Below are positions 61,271 to 64,000 of a stretch of DNA of 64,000 nt, in pieces (within the stretch, counting starts at the first letter, position 1; each line of letters starts with the position of its first letter). Both the position numbers and the translations under genes were made by a program. The DNA lies in NCBI RefSeq assembly GCF_963921235.1, contig NC_086097.1:137766001-137830000 (forward strand), written 5' to 3'. The notes beneath the pieces are model-generated. The model was given only the letters and a program-made list of their open reading frames with translations, was not told the origin of the DNA and did not search any database. This DNA is from Mobula hypostoma (taxonomy: Eukaryota).

Positions 61271-64000
61271 CCCCCTCCATGGGCTTGAGATTAAAACCCA
61301 GGCTGAATTTGCACAGTCAGTAGTCTCATCCATTGTTAAGGTGTTAAACCGAACTCTAGACAAACTGCAGTCTCAGGTGGATTTACAAGATCCCACAGCA
61401 TTACTTTGCAGAAAGAAGGTGGTCTGCTCAATACTCTGTAGAAGTTTGTCGAAGTTTTAGATGGCATGCTGAATCTACATGAACTGAGAAAGTAGAGCAC
61501 AGCCGTGTGTTCTTTGTAAAGGGGGGCCTGGGTGTCATGGTGGCTTTGAATGACAAATGATTCAGAAGAAGGCTGATCCTCAGAGGGAGATGATATATAT
61601 TTTGTGGTTAAAGGAACTGAAACTAATGGGATTGAATTGTTCATTACAGGCGGTTTTTTTGTTGTACTCTATCCAGGAATTCGAGTGAGAGATATAGTTA
61701 GATAGCAGAACTCAAAGCTTGGGAGCTTTACACTCACTGGCTGCGGAAGTTTAATGAAAAATTCTGTTCTGTCATCAGAACTAATTGAATCCTGAGTAAT
61801 CATCCAAAGTATTCTTCCCACTCATTAGGTCAGTACTTTTAGGACATGACATCTGTTAATTCTATAATCTTTTCCTTGAAAATACTGATCACTAGAGTTC
61901 AAATGTTCCCAAATGATTTGAGATTGACTAATTAGAGCAAACATGAACTTTTCCCTGGTTTGATTGCCAATAAACAGTCCAGTTTAACAATGGATTTATC
62001 TCTTCTTATTGAAAGAGATTGCTCATTATATCCTGGCAATTAAAATCAGCCTGAATTGGTTTGCTGCCTATCTTAATAATTCCACCTTAATTTCCTCCTT
62101 TTTCCCCAGTGAATTATTCGATTTCTCACCAAAAATTTATTTTCTTTGGGATCTCTGTCCAAATTACTCTCATCTGAAGTTGATTTGAAGTTTTGCAATG
62201 GTTACATTGTTATGAAACCCCATAAAATCCTACTCCGTATTTAACAGTCTTACAGAACCCTCTCTGGCTTACTGACTGCACTCTTTAGGTGACTCACAAC
62301 TTAATTTTTTTACAAAATAGGCAAAGGAATAGGAGCTGGAGAAGGCCATTCATCCCTAAATCCCACTGCTATTCTGGAAGATGATTCTAATATTTTACCA
62401 TAATGCATGTTCTCACCTGATTCATGCTTCCCTTAATGTAAAGTGTAGACTACTTTCTAAACGGGGAGAAAATTTAAAAAATATGAGGAGCAAAGGGACT
62501 TGGGAACCCTCGTGCAGAATTCCCTGAAGGTTAACTTGTAGGTTGAGTCGGTGGTGAGGAAGGCAAATCCAGTTCTAGCAATCATGGATATACTTGTGTG
62601 GTATGGGCATGTTGGGCCAGATGGGCCTGTTATCTCTAAATAAAGGAAATATATATTTTTAAATATGCATGGCAAGATCCCACAATCTGCAGTGCGACGA
62701 TAACCAGATAAGCTGCATTTTGAGATCTTGGTTGAGGGATAAACATTGGTTGAGAAAACGAGAATAACTCCCCTGCTCTTCTCTAATAGCATGGATTGTT
62801 TGAGCCCACCGGAGAGAGCAGGTTGACTTGGCATCTTGTCCAAAAGACGGGAATTCATGACACTGCAACATTCCCTTGGCACCACATGGCTGGAGTGAAC
62901 GATTATCGATACCAGAGAGCTGGGAGGAGCTTTCCACGTGATGGTAATAGCCCGTCACATGGAATCTGCAGAGCGTAATATATAGTTTGAAGTGAAGCTC
63001 AGTTCTGGAGATCTGAGATTGGTGCTTGGACTGAAACCAAAGCTCTTGTGTTTTTCTCTCTCCACAGACACCGCTTGATCTGCTGAGTATTTCCAGCCCT
63101 TTCTGCTTTTTGTATCAGTAGAACAGTAGGAGCACCAGGATTTGTAACAATTACAGAAATGAGTTCATTCAAAATTCTGGGCAGTCAATGCGGCTTTGAG
63201 TAAAATGTCAATCACGTGGGTAATTGAGAATTCAGATGTGACTGACAAATAAGCACACATTTAGTGCTTATATTTAGGTAGGTTGTGCATGCAAGCTTCC
63301 ATTGTTTAAACTTCTTGGCAAAGTGGTTAGATTAAACATTCAGAAGCTTGTTTAGATGGCTGTGAATGTTATAGTTCCTTGGTTACTAAGTGGCAGGAGT
63401 GCCCGGGGAACAAACAGAGTCTTGGGCGAACTGTACAAATACTGTGCAGACAGCTTCAGAGGTCGGGATCGAACCAGCTCCCTGAAACTGTCAGGCAATT
63501 GACTTGATTGCCTTTGTATAGACCCAACAATACATAATTATTGCTACTTTGGAGTCCAGATTTGCAAATGTCACTAAATTCCACATGCTACAACTGGCAC
63601 GAACAAGTAGGTGCCACAACAAGAAACTGCTTTCATATAGTGTCCGATAGTGAACGTCCTCAGCGAATACAGAGCTATGTCAAGCATAACCTAGCACTGA
63701 CTCTCACCCCGTTAGGGTAGTGGCCATAGCCTCCTCATAGAGGTTGTTTTTGAGGATCTCCTTGAGGTGGAGGAAGAAAGAGACAAAGAAGTTTGCGGGG
63801 GGAATCCAGGGCTTGAGAAAGCATGTTTGTCAGTGGTCACCGTTTCTCAGAAAACCTGGAGATAACCTGAAGTGGCAGCCCATTCATCTCGACAAGTGGA
63901 AAGCTGTCAGATTAACATTTGCGGACATTAATCTCTGTGTTCTATTTATACTGCATTAATTGTACCAAAAACCTTAGGATCACCTCTCGCGTCCAGCAGC

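Noticed and set aside
1..64000. CRISPR arrays, rRNA genes, prokaryotic operons or a second host gene such as TRIM71
   Set aside because: No regularly spaced repeat-spacer array, rRNA-like sequence or recognisable non-TE exon was seen beyond CNOT10. Small exons could have been missed.

Overview
This is vertebrate genomic DNA. The repeat landscape (CR1, Rex/Babar-type LINEs, V-SINEs, DeuSINE-like remnants, Penelope-like elements) suggests a cartilaginous fish, probably a ray; that is an inference, not a database result. The first half carries the last 14 coding exons of CNOT10 (CCR4-NOT subunit 10) on the + strand. They run 3297-30885 and splice through GT-AG introns into one open frame of 1647 nt (548 aa plus stop); the 5' exons lie upstream of the window. 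The rest is intronic or intergenic and dominated by transposable elements, several of them nested. Most notable: (1) a HERO-like (R2-superfamily, restriction-like endonuclease) retrotransposon whose 3' UTR holds the conserved hammerhead-ribozyme core motifs in a reversed, cross-linked strand order, and which is flanked by an ~80-90 bp direct repeat; (2) Penelope-type minimal hammerheads, one with an intact core in the sense strand of the last CNOT10 intron; (3) an internally deleted BEL/Pao LTR element inserted in a V-SINE, with an apparent empty-site paralog in the next intron; (4) a Tigger/MER2-like MITE closely resembling the mammalian family; (5) a CpG-rich ~650 bp non-coding LINE derivative in two inverted copies, one with a fold-back junction. 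Family assignments come from motif recognition only, and repeat boundaries are approximate.
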